Source of the DNA: Cyanidioschyzon merolae
Taxonomy: Eukaryota
Assembly: GCA_000091205.1 (NCBI GenBank)
Contig: AP006494.2
DNA: 64,000 nt
Reading direction: 5' to 3' (one strand)
Shown: one piece after another, positions 50,942 to 61,606 of the stretch
How positions within the stretch are numbered: position 1 is the stretch's first letter
Layout of the letters: every line of letters begins with the position of its first letter
Program-made: the position numbers and the translations under genes
Notes under the pieces: model-generated
What the model was told of the DNA's origin: nothing
What the model saw: the letters and a program-made list of their open reading frames with translations, nothing else
Databases searched by the model: none

Positions 50942-53291
50942 GAAGCCCCCGTTACTCCTTGTTTCCAGTCTGAGCTCCTGGTTTGCACCACAAAACAGAG
51001 CGTCTCGAGCACGTCTTTCACCGAGGGAAAGAAAGCGGTACTTGCGTGGACGCTTTGCCGAAATGGCGCGAACGACGCAGCGGCAACGGCGTGACGCGGC
51101 GCGCTGTACGCCTCGCCACTCGGGGGTGTTTTCAGCGTCTATTCAGTCGATGAAACCGGAAATGTCCAAGTCTATCGTGCGTTTGGTGTCCGATCTAGAA
51201 CGGAACTGTAGAGCACTCGATGCTGCACAGGTGACGCAAACGCTACGGCGAAAGCGTGCACGTTCCCTCTGCCGATATGTCGCTGGCAGCGGCTACCTGC
51301 TACCTACACAGGGACTCGAGCTCGCTGAACTGGACGCTACTGCTCACACGTGGCCTGATCGGGACGAGGCGTACGAAGCACGGCGACCGTGGAGGCATCA
51401 GCTGCAACGGCAGGGGTCGGTCCTCTTTGCTGACTACATGGAGCAAGTCGGGTGGGCTCGCCTGCTCGACCAGTGTCTCTGTGGACGCAGTGCCGCCACA
51501 AGCGAGCCACTGGATGCTGAAGCGCGTGCTGTGCGGGAGCGGCGTAGAGTTCGCTGGCTCCGGAATTTGCCGCTGCAGAGCGCTGCTGAGCGGGCTGTCA
51601 GCAGTGACAGCGCGCAGCAGGCAACTGATGCAACGCTGGCGTACGCGCTTGCCTATCACCCGGGCACCGAGGTTGTTGCCGTTGGCGACCAGGGCGGTCG
51701 CGTGCGGCTGATCGACGTAGACCGTACCGTGCAGATCGCATCGGAAGAAAACGGTCCTATTGGAGTGTCCCGAGAGCGAGCTCTGTACGTGGAATCTGAG
51801 AACCTGGTTGCTTTCTGGAATAGTTGCGAGAGCAACCGGGCAGTGTTTGACGTCGCTTGGCTACCGGGGGCGACGACCAACGCATCCGGACTGGCTGCAG
51901 CTTACGCCTCAGGAGTTGTCGATATCGTGGACGTCTCCACGTGCAGCGCATTAGGTCATAAGAATCGTCAGCGAGGCTGGAATCGAGACTGGCGTTATTT
52001 TCAGGATTACGGAGGAAGCGAGGCGCCTTCGCCACCGGTACGCGTTGCACGGCTGTGCGGACACCATGGCGCAGTGCGAAGCATTGCTCCGCTCCCGGAG
52101 GATGGAGGTCGCATCATCAGCACCTGTGGACGAGACGGGAACATCTTCGTCTACGATCTGCGCAGCTGCAGGCGACTTGCGTCGAGCTCCAGTACGGCGC
52201 TTTCCGGAGATAATAAGACACGTAACGCGCTCCTTCCTGTGCGCGCTGTGCAGCTGGGGCATTTTCGGAACCCTGCGGCTCGTCGACTCGTGGAGCGGGG
52301 CGTAGCTTCCCGGGCTGATCTCCTGGCACCCTCACCTGATCGAGCGATCGCAAGCGTTGTCTGGCTTGGACCTGATCCCAGTGCGCTGTTATCGGCAGGT
52401 GCAACGGATGGATTGCTGAAGGTGTGGGATTTGCGTCAAACATGGTCGACTTGTCCGTTGCTCAGCCCTGAATTCGAAGGTGGCTCGCTCAGAGCACACA
52501 GACGCCTCGCCAAACCGGTGACAACGGTGCAGCTTGCCCCAGGTAACGGCATCGCACATGCGCACCTGCAGCACAGCTGTCGGCGCCTTGCGGTGGCCAC
52601 ACTGCGTCCAGGTGCACCCGAACGTGGCACAGTCTTCATTCTGGACCCGTTGCAGCTCGGAAATGCTCGTCTCTCGAATGGAGTTGTACAGAGCATTCAG
52701 GCACCGCTGTGGTCTCATTATACTCGGGTGCGCCCAAGTCCCGATGGTGCGTACGTTGCCTTTGGGTCCGGTTGCGACCTTATTGTTGCGGATCTGGGGA
52801 ACCTGCCCGCAGCACACTGGGAACTTCCAGCGCAAGTCGCTGGCAGCGATGCGTCGCCCGATCGAGACGATAGGTTCGTTCGCATAGCCTGCACCGGGGA
52901 GGTGACCGCCCTGGACTGGAGCTCACGCTGCGACGGACGCATCGCCAGCGTTGCCGACCTGGAGCCCGTGAAGATTACCCAGTGGACCATGGCCGCCGCC
53001 GCCGCCGCCGCCCTGCACGAGCAACGCTCCCCAAGCGTCATGTCGTACGCATCGCGAGGCGAACGTCGGTATCGAAGCCACGCTGATCGTCATGCCTCAG
53101 GCGATGCAGAACCGAGTCGATCAGGGCGAGGAGCACACGACCAAGCGTCTGAACGCGTTCGCCGTCCGATACCCTGCCAGTGTTGCGAGCAAATCGATGT
53201 GGAGCCTGAGCGATTGGTAACCAGGCTTCCATGTCCACGATGCATGCATGAACGCTTCTGCCCAGTACCAAGGGTAAGACGCTCTCGTTAG
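50940..53291 (+). CDS. WD40 protein resembling CDT2/DTL (denticleless), a CRL4 substrate receptor
   Basis: …[13 protein letters not shown]…[38 protein letters not shown]…[19 protein letters not shown]… parallels human DTL …WNAVFDLAWVPGE…GHQCSLKSVAFS…FCTGGRDGNIMVWDTRC…LVSAGAVDGIIKVWDLRKN…. Upstream, …[11 protein letters not shown]… resembles DTL residues ~10–25 (…VLRNGW..YPLQS…). That would favour a start at the ATG at 51438 rather than 50940. The track ORF opens at 50691. Confidence 0.6.
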   Translation: [783 protein letters not shown]

Positions 53292-56172
53292 CGACCAGCG
53301 CATGTTGGCGTCTTGTCCTCATGAAACGGAGGCATACTCCGAGGCATGCAGACCGGCAGTGGTGCGGGTCGGCGCTCTGGACCCGGGAACCGGCAACGTC
53401 GTCCTGAGCATTGAGCCTCCGTCTACAGACTGATGTCATGAACTGAAGCGGGCACGGTCGGTACTCGTTCGAAACGAGATACTGCAGGATCTGCCACGAG
53501 CACGTGTGAAGCGCTTTTTTCTGGCGCCATCCGAACGATACTCGTTGAGCACATAAGCCGGTGAGTAGTACGCGCCCTAGTTATCTGGAACATGCGTCGT
53601 TCAGCTTGACGAGCTTACGCTGAGGCGCAAGGGCCTGCTTTCGGCGTTGCACTGGTGCGCATCATAAAATGAAGCGCATGCTGCGTTCTTCATCTTTTCG
53701 CACGACGCTTCATCGGAAGCGTGTTGTTGTCATGCGATAACGCATTGCGTAGGTCGAGCGGACGACACTACGCGCGGAGAATGTGGATGATGTCCCGGTG
53801 CTTCGTTGTTTGCGCCTGGAATGCACCACCGGACATCGCTGCTCCGCTGGCACCAGGAGCTCTCGTACAGCACAATGGACACGCTCCCGGGAACCGATTA
53901 TAATCGAGCTATCGGGGATGCTTTGGCAAGTGCAAAACCATGCAGCAATCCATGAAAATCTGTCGCTCGCAGTGATGGAGCCGGGGTCTGCATTCTCAAG
54001 CCAAGACCAGCCTGATCTCTCGTCGTCTTCGTATGCAGATTAGTGCACGGTGTCGCCCGCAAGTGGCTTGGTGACGAGCAGGCCCATTCCTGGACGCCAG
54101 TGCATCAAGGAGTGAAGGATCGGCAGGATCGCGGATCCGTTTGCATTCGATGGCGAAAATGCCTCTCTTTTCGTTTCTTGGTCATCAGAGCAACTTGCCT
54201 GAGCACTGGCGTGTCGGGGATAAACACACAGGAACAACGAATGATGTCATTTCGTAATTGCCTAGCAATTATCCACCACATCCGTACTTGGTGCGATTTA
54301 TAGTGGAATCTAGGCCTGCTGCATTGCTGACTGGTACGCCATTCGTGTCGTACCCTATGCTAGGCTTCTCGTGGCATGTGCGTTTGCCAATGATGTCTTC
54401 ATCAAAAGTCTGTAGCGTTTCAGCCGAATGCCTCCGCGGAGTACGAGACGATTCGTTCGAAACCTGGCTCGATGCATCTTCGCTGAACGCTCCGGAAACA
54501 CGAAACATATCCGGATATTGATGCAGGTGTTCAAGTCTCGGTTCAGATAGCGCTTGCCCGCATTTTCACTGGTACACGAACATCATAGCGAGACTGTGAC
54601 TTTGCACTGCACTGATGGCAGCTGTTCCGTTACCCCACTCGAGACCGTCTCGAGCATGCGTCTCTGTTTCACGCTCTTCTTCCTTACCAGTCAAAGCGCG
54701 CACACTCGTACCCGTGGTGTGTTGTGGTCTTTTTATCGAGTCGTCGAAGGGTGTCACGCAGCATCGACCCCTGCACTTGTCGTCATCGCTCGCGTCGATG
54801 GGCCAGGAGTGCTGCGACTGCGCGCTGAATCATGTCACGTTGCACAGACTGACACAATACAACGCGACTTGTTGATCATTTCTATCTAGAGTTCCTTGAA
54901 AAAGTTGGAGAATGCACGTATCTTGCCTCCAGAGAATCGATGCACTCGTCGACCGGAACGCAGCCACACAGACTCGTGTCAACAATCGTCCGCATCAGCC
55001 GTTTCAACGCTCGTGTCATCTACGGATGAAGCGTTCGAGGAAACTTCCTCTATTCGATACGGTATTCAGAGCGTCGATGAAGGTGTTGACCTGAGTCCAT
55101 GTTAGCCGGGTCCGCTGGTAATATCCAGCCTTCGATCATGCTGACTCCCTCGTCGTGACCCAGATGGACGATGACGGCAATGACGTCTCGGGAGCTTGGA
55201 TCCATGCCCATGACGAACGCTGTCTCTTCATAGACCTTGAACAGGTGAAAATGAGTCGTATTGGTCGACTCTGGCATAGGTTTTATCAAGCCCACGAAGA
55301 CTGATATTGTATCGATCGAGATGGTCCCTGGAAACTTTTCCATTACCTCTAGGTAAACTGAGATATCCCTTGGACACGTTCAGGGGATGCTCTTCGGAAA
55401 AGTTTGTCGAATGCGTTACAGCTGCTCGTAGAGACATTTGTGGCTCGCTGTGGTGCCCATACAGTCCAGTCCATATGTATCTACGGTGATATAATCGACC
55501 ATGTCATGAATTTGAGGGATCAAACACACGAAGCGCTCGTGGAGGCTGAATCCGCTTGGATACGGTGCGGACGTCTGCTTCGCACTCGAGGGCTTTGTTC
55601 AGGAACACAGATTCATAGTGCAGGATGCAAGGAAGATACGCATCACCAGGTTTCAACCAGCGATGACGTACAACGGTCGTCGGTCTCAGCCCGATGGGAA
55701 CTCAATCCGCTTGGACGACGTGCAGCGACACTTGCTCTCGTTCGGAAATCGATTTGGTGCTTGCAACCACATCGCGCTCTTCTGTACTCATAGTCACACA
55801 AAGGATGTCGTCCATCAGTCCCTTGCTTTCAGGGGTCCGTAACGTCTGGGCACGACGACCGCATACTGTGCCTCTTGAAGCGATCGATATTGACCCGCGC
55901 ATGCCTTTGAGGTTTATTCGGTACGTTCGGCAACTGCACAGTAGCTGTTCCGATCGCCGGTATGAAGCAGCGAAGCGGCAAGGTATTCTGAAAAGGCGTG
56001 TGTGCAGACCTCTGACGCTTGGATGAAACCACGTTCCATCTCCTGCACCGAGCATCAACTGGATCGTCGCTAGAGCAATGGATTGGAAACATTGCAGAGG
56101 AATGTGGACAGTCAGTGGCCCTGCTTCCGGAACCCGTACCAACCGCTTGCTTGACGAGATGCGCCAGTACCG

Positions 56173-56544
56173 CTATAGGCAATGTCTCGTCGAACTACGC
56201 TCTTTTCGCTTCGGTGTCATGGAAGCGAACGACTCGTCTATTGATCTGTAAGCGTAACAATACCATTCCACAACAGAGGAGCCGCCTTCCACGGGAGACA
56301 ATAAGGAAGAATACGCTGGTACGAAGAGCAGCTCGATACCAGATTCGGTTGCGCACACCTCGACTGCTTTTGCGCGATCAAAAGCGACAGTGTCCGAAAC
56401 CCGCCCAGAAGCATACCGGAAACAGAAGCCATCCAAGATGACTCCGACGAAGCATGGAGTGTTCAACCACGCTGTCGATTTCGCGATTCCCGGAAAACGA
56501 CACAAAATTATATCGCCGCTAGCGCTGGTGTTTTCGGAATGCAC
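56173..56544 (-). mobile_element. Decayed DDE transposase remnant of the Tc1/mariner–IS630 superfamily (C-terminal catalytic part only)
   Basis: …FVGVILDGFCFRYASGRVSDTVAF…GIELLFVPAYSSLLSPVEGGSSVVEW… follows the DDE_3 pattern …vvmDNAsiH…gi.llfLPPYSPDLNPIE.vWs…. No intact full-length ORF exists and the surrounding frames are broken. It sits in an AT-richer island at ~53.9–57 kb. The element boundaries and TIRs were not identified. Confidence 0.4.
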
Positions 56545-57547
56545 GCTTGTTTTCTCTCGCTACGATCATAGTTTTGGAGCGCCCCGGATACCCATATCCA
56601 GGTCTACCGTCCCTGCCGAATCAAGTCTCATCGATTGAGACGAGATCGCGTTCATCCATCCTATCATGCGCGTTCACGTTTCAGAGCGAAATCGATCCAA
56701 CTGCTCTTCAGTGCACGAGGTTTTCCTCTAGAGACGTACGTTTTTCGTTGCCTATGCGCATTGCTTCATCACCAGTCAGATGAACAGCACAGAGACATTA
56801 CATCCCGTAGCGTCTTTGGTACTGCAGCTTAGAGAACATATGGATTGTCACACATTGAAGAAAACACAGGCGTCTAGCGAGAGCTTGATACCTCGTATGC
56901 CAGGTGCTCTACGTCCAGCATAGGACCGACGAGGAGCGCTCTTCGTCCGCCAGTTGACCGGAGAATGACTGACCTTTAGAAACAAGGCCGTTCTTCGTAA
57001 GCTACCAATGACTGCATCAAGTTTCTCAGCGAGCGTTCTCCAATCAAAATGGTGCATTCCTTCTGTTTTGTGTCTGCGAGAAAAACAGACGTGAACGAGC
57101 CTCACGTTCTCGTACTTGCACGCCAGCAGGCTCTGCACAGAGTCCAGCGCTTCTGCAGGCTACCGAACGTGCATGCGTACAGCATCCGAGGCGCTACTCT
57201 GCGGCCACACCAGGCATACGCCGTTCCATCGCCCGTGAACGATCCTGTGGACCAGTCTTGTGCGCGGACACAAGCGGGCGCTGCAGCAGCCCCTGATAGA
57301 TCAAGTCCCGCAACCCCACAGCGGGGCACTCGATACTCCAGTTGATAGCGACTGCAACACGTCAGCGCACTCAAGTCCGCATCGTATCGCGTGCCCCAGC
57401 AGGCAGCGCTGCTTCAAGGTACCAGGGTATTTGGCTCAGGCTGCATTCTCAGGAAAGTCGTCCATCGTCGCTGTGCAGGTGCTGAGCGCCTGCACGGCGA
57501 TGCGACGCCTCCATAGACCGTCGAGCACGCCGCCCAGACTTTCAAGT

Positions 57548-57570
57548 CTGTGTGTGTGTGTGTCTGTGTT
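57548..57570. repeat. (GT)n dinucleotide microsatellite immediately upstream of the NDK start codon
   Basis: ctgtgtgtgtgtgtgtctgtgtt, read directly, about 25 bp 5' of the ATG at 57594. Confidence 0.9.
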
Positions 57571-57593
57571 TTGGATTCGTGCTGTTTCTACCC

Positions 57594-58055
57594 ATGGAGG
57601 AGACGACTTTCATCATGATCAAGCCAGATGGCGTACAACGACGTTTGGTGGCACCCATCATAGCGCGTTTTGAGAACCGTGGACTAACGCTTGTTGCGAT
57701 CAAAATGGTGAACACCAGCGAGGCCCTGATCGATCAACACTACGCGGAACTGGTGAATAAACCATTTTATCCAGGGCTGAAGCAGTACATGCTCAGCGGT
57801 CCGGTTATTGCAATGGTTTGGAAAGGTAAAGCTGCTGCGGCGCTGGGTAGGGCGATCGTCGGTGCAACCAACCCGAAGGAGTCTGCACCTGGGACGATCC
57901 GTGGCGACTTTTGCAACGACGTAGGGCGAAACGTCATTCACGCCTCAGATAGCGTGGAGAGTGCGAAAAGGGAGATCGCACTCTGGTTCAAACCTGAAGA
58001 ACTGGTGCACTATGTGCCGTGTGACCTGGGCTGGGTCTACGAGAACGTTTCTTAG
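57594..58055 (+). CDS. NDK: Nucleoside diphosphate kinase
   Basis: [39 protein letters not shown]…[30 protein letters not shown]… shows full-length NDK signatures ([17 protein letters not shown] with the active-site His). The track ORF opens at 57552 through the GT-repeat; the ATG is at 57594. Confidence 0.9.
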   Translation: MEETTFIMIKPDGVQRRLVAPIIARFENRGLTLVAIKMVNTSEALIDQHYAELVNKPFYPGLKQYMLSGPVIAMVWKGKAAAALGRAIVGATNPKESAPGTIRGDFCNDVGRNVIHASDSVESAKREIALWFKPEELVHYVPCDLGWVYENVS

Positions 58056-59473
58056 ACGTGGCTCGGTCTGGGAGCAGCGGCTGCCAGGCTTTTTCGCTGG
58101 CGCTTGTTGCCCGGGCAGGTAAAGGATTAGGTGCGAACCGCTCAAATCCTAGGACAGCACCTGTAGGCTAGTAGAACGTCCACGAATAGCTCGACAAGAT
58201 GGATGTCACGGTTTACGGCACCAGCGTGCGCCAGTCAAAGGAACGGCTGCTTTATGCTGGATACCTGCGTTTGCCCGCAAGAGTGCTGGCGCTCTGAACT
58301 TCATTAGCGTACGTAAACTTGGCGTTTGACAATGCCCATGACGCGTCCGTGAGACCGTGTGCATTGCGTAGGCTCCGCGGACCCCTTGAAACGAACAGTA
58401 TGCAAACTGAACCTGCTCAAAGGAGATCACTCCCTCTCGCCTGGTGCCGGTATCGAATGTGCCGAGGCGCTGCGGCGGTACAAGCGCAGGATACGCTCAC
58501 ACCAGCCATTCTAGGCGTCGACCCGACGCGCTTCGAGGTGTCGCAAAGTCGTATGGTATTCGTACAAGGGCGACGATGTGCTCCATAGTCTGTGGCTCCT
58601 CGAATCGATAAAGCTTGTGCGCTATGAAGGACCTTGAGTCCAGGGCTCGTCCATGGTGCTTGCGTCTAACGAAGACCCAAAGTCGCTTGCATGGTGCAGC
58701 GCTAGCATGCGCGTACCGGAGAAACGCAGTTCGATGCATCGATTCTGAACCATAAAGCACAACGGACAAGCCAGCGTGTGCGTCTGGGACCCAAACTGGG
58801 CGCTCGTTAAGCCCGTGCGATACCATGCAACTTCACGCGCAGGTATCCCGAAGAAAAGCCGGCCCCGAGTTCGAGATTGCAGGACGCGCTCTACGCCCTT
58901 GGCATAGGGGGGCTCGTCATCAGCGCACCATGGAAGGCGGTACCCAGACGACAGACGAGGCTCATTCGCAACGGACGTTCGTATTCGCCGCCACTCGGCT
59001 GCAGCTGTCGTGGTCATTGGCCAGCAAACTAAGGAGTCGCTCACTTTCCTGACCCAGAGGTGTACGGCTCCACCGAAGGCATGGTGCGCTGGTAACCGTC
59101 GCTCGGTTGGCAGCGCACGCTTTTGTGCGAGGCCGCGGTCCCCGGACAAGATGTAGACGCGGAGTTGTGCGGCGACCCGGACGACCCCATAGGAAAAGCG
59201 TGCATACGATGCCCATAGTTTGCGTGCAACAAGTCAAGGCAAAATGTGCTTTTCTTATGCGTGCATCCGAGCGCTGCAGAACGTAAGCGGAGCTCGCACT
59301 CCGCTTGCCTCGCTTCAACCACCAGTCGCCAAGCGCGCTCCGTGCCATAGTGAACTTCCGGGAAAGCAGTGCCCCCGCGTCTGAAGCAGCGCTCGACTCA
59401 AGTAAAACAGTTTCTTGTGCTTGACGCTCCCGCACGCGTTCCTTGCGACGCAGAATCGCCAGATGACGCCCGT

Positions 59474-59782
59474 CTAAAACGGAGCTGGACCGAGGCCGGC
59501 AGCCCAGCGCGCTTCCCCCACGGTGTAGGGTGCCTCGAGTTCCAGAAGCTTCTCTCTTCGTTTGTGTGGTTTCGAGACCGAGTGCTCATCAAGAGCATTC
59601 CTGCTAATAAAGTAACGACTACAGACGACGCAGCGAAACTGACCGAGCCCGGGTAGGTCCCAGTCTGCTTCCGTCTCTGCGGCAAACGGGCCCCGTTCGC
59701 GGAGTTCTTTGTGGATCACGTCCAACTCCGGACCGCGTTCACGTCTTTTCCGAGCTCTTTTATTCGATCTCTGCCGACTCAT
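59474..59782 (-). CDS. ZNF593: C2H2 zinc-finger ribosome-biogenesis factor ZNF593/Bud20
   Basis: …RKRRERGPELDVIHKELR…DWDLPGLGQFRCVVCSRYFISRNALDEHSVSKPHKRREKLLELEAPYTVGEARWAAGLG parallels human ZNF593 …RRRPDLDEIHRELR…[58 protein letters not shown]. The ATG is at 59782. Confidence 0.9.
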   Translation of the reverse strand: MSRQRSNKRARKRRERGPELDVIHKELRERGPFAAETEADWDLPGLGQFRCVVCSRYFISRNALDEHSVSKPHKRREKLLELEAPYTVGEARWAAGLGPAPF

Positions 59783-60034
59783 TCCCCAGATAAAAACGCA
59801 GTCAAGTTGAAAGGATATCGAGTTGCAGCAGGTGCAGACGCCCGGTGAGACAACCCCGCAATCATGGACGCCTCCCGTTGACGTTCGACGACGGCGCGAA
59901 CCGGACCTCTCTTCCTGGGTATATTCCAGGCACGTTCCAGAGGTGGAAAGGTAGGAACACTTGCTTCAGGAGTAGCAAGCGCGTACTCGTGGAAAGCTTT
60001 ACAGACCGCATCCTTCGACGCAGATACGTCCACC

Positions 60035-60820
60035 ATGAGTTCTACCGTGGTTCGGCCCCAGGCTAGCCTCGGAACCCGCGGGGAGACACGTCGCCTCATG
60101 CGGGAAGTTGAGCGAGCAGCTCGTTACGGTGAGCTTCGTCGTTGGCGGAAAGAGTGGGTGACAATCGGTAACGTGCGCTGTTACGCCTGGGTGCACATAA
60201 CTGAGGAGGAAACGACGAAACCCGAAGAAAACGGCTCTGAGCGCGAGACAGCCGACGAACAAGCGTCATCGGAAGCAACACCCATGGACGATAACCCGCA
60301 GGCACGTGCAGCAGAAAGCGTTATGACTGCGAATGTTGCGTATACATCACAAAAACGACACCGAGATATGCTGGAACAGTCCAGTGGCGTCGGTGGCCCT
60401 GCAAGACGCGAGCAGAGTCTCTCGTCGTCGGTGTCGTCTACCGTTGGTGGCGACGTTGATATAGCTGAAACTGGCGAAACCTCTGCCCAGCTGTCCGAAA
60501 GAACTACCACAGGCAACGCTCGGATCGCTGCAGGTGTAGAGGAGCTCAACATTGCTTCAGCACCGGATGCACTGGGATTCGGTTTACGATCCGAGACTGC
60601 AGTTTCCGGCTTCGACGATGCCCACCGGCAGCTGCCCGAACACGTCGCCGCGTCAGTGTCCAGCAGTGGACGCTGCCCACGAGTTTCGAGTCAAAGCGAG
60701 GTGCCGAGTCCTAACTCGCCTGAGATGCACCCAATCGCGGAGATCAAATTCGGAGGTAGTTCTGAATCAGGTGCAAAGGACACTGCGAATGACGAGCCCA
60801 TGCTGCTTGATGGCGAATGA
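60035..60820 (+). CDS. Hypothetical acidic Ser-rich protein (261 aa), no family recognised
   Basis: An ATG-initiated ORF divergent from ZNF593, with ~250 bp between start codons. The N-terminus is …RRLMREVERAARYGELRRWRKEWV…; the rest is low complexity. Confidence 0.35.
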   Translation: MSSTVVRPQASLGTRGETRRLMREVERAARYGELRRWRKEWVTIGNVRCYAWVHITEEETTKPEENGSERETADEQASSEATPMDDNPQARAAESVMTANVAYTSQKRHRDMLEQSSGVGGPARREQSLSSSVSSTVGGDVDIAETGETSAQLSERTTTGNARIAAGVEELNIASAPDALGFGLRSETAVSGFDDAHRQLPEHVAASVSSSGRCPRVSSQSEVPSPNSPEMHPIAEIKFGGSSESGAKDTANDEPMLLDGE

Positions 60821-61606
60821 GAACGCATCGGGTGTAGCGTTTCCCGCTGCGACTGCAATGCAAACCGATACAGCCTGGAGCAAAAGAAGCGACCAGCGAT
60901 AAGCGCCGTGCCTGTGAAGCTGGCGAAGCAATACGAGCATTCAACGAGCCGCGGGCAGTTTCAGCGCATCCTAGAGACGGATACCGCAGAGCACAAGCGG
61001 CAGCAGTGCGAGAACCCTATCGAATGTTGCACCACCTGATGCCCTGGTGCTGGATCCAGAATCCAGCGTGAATCCTGGCGATCACTGGACACTCCATTCA
61101 ACTGTCTGGGCAATGCGCAACCTTCGTAGTGAATCGCAGGGCGCTGTCGACGACAGACCCTACGTGACACTGTGCGGTTCATCTGTGTGTCGGCTCGATG
61201 GAAGGCCAAGGTCACTGGATGCACGACAAGATCCATACGGGCATCTTGTTTTAGATGAGGTCTCTGAAACAACAAATGCTGAAGCATGCTTCTCCGTTCT
61301 CGGAGCGCAAAAGAGGTGGTGATGGTGGTGATGGTGGATCGACCCCTGGGTGATGCTGCATGCGACGTTGGTTTCTTGCTACGCTCTAGCAACGTTCTCA
61401 ACGGTGTGTGATGCTGAATCCAGCGGCGAGCTCTCGGAACAGACAAGCATGGACCCGAGTAAGTCTCCAGCCGATAACCCGTCTCGCGGACTCGTGATGC
61501 CACTGTCAAGCGCGAAACGTTCGCCAAGTGATCACGAATCAAGCTCGGAGACGCGCAGCCTGTCAGCCTACCTGGTATACGCAGACAGGTAACTTGATCC
61601 GATCGC

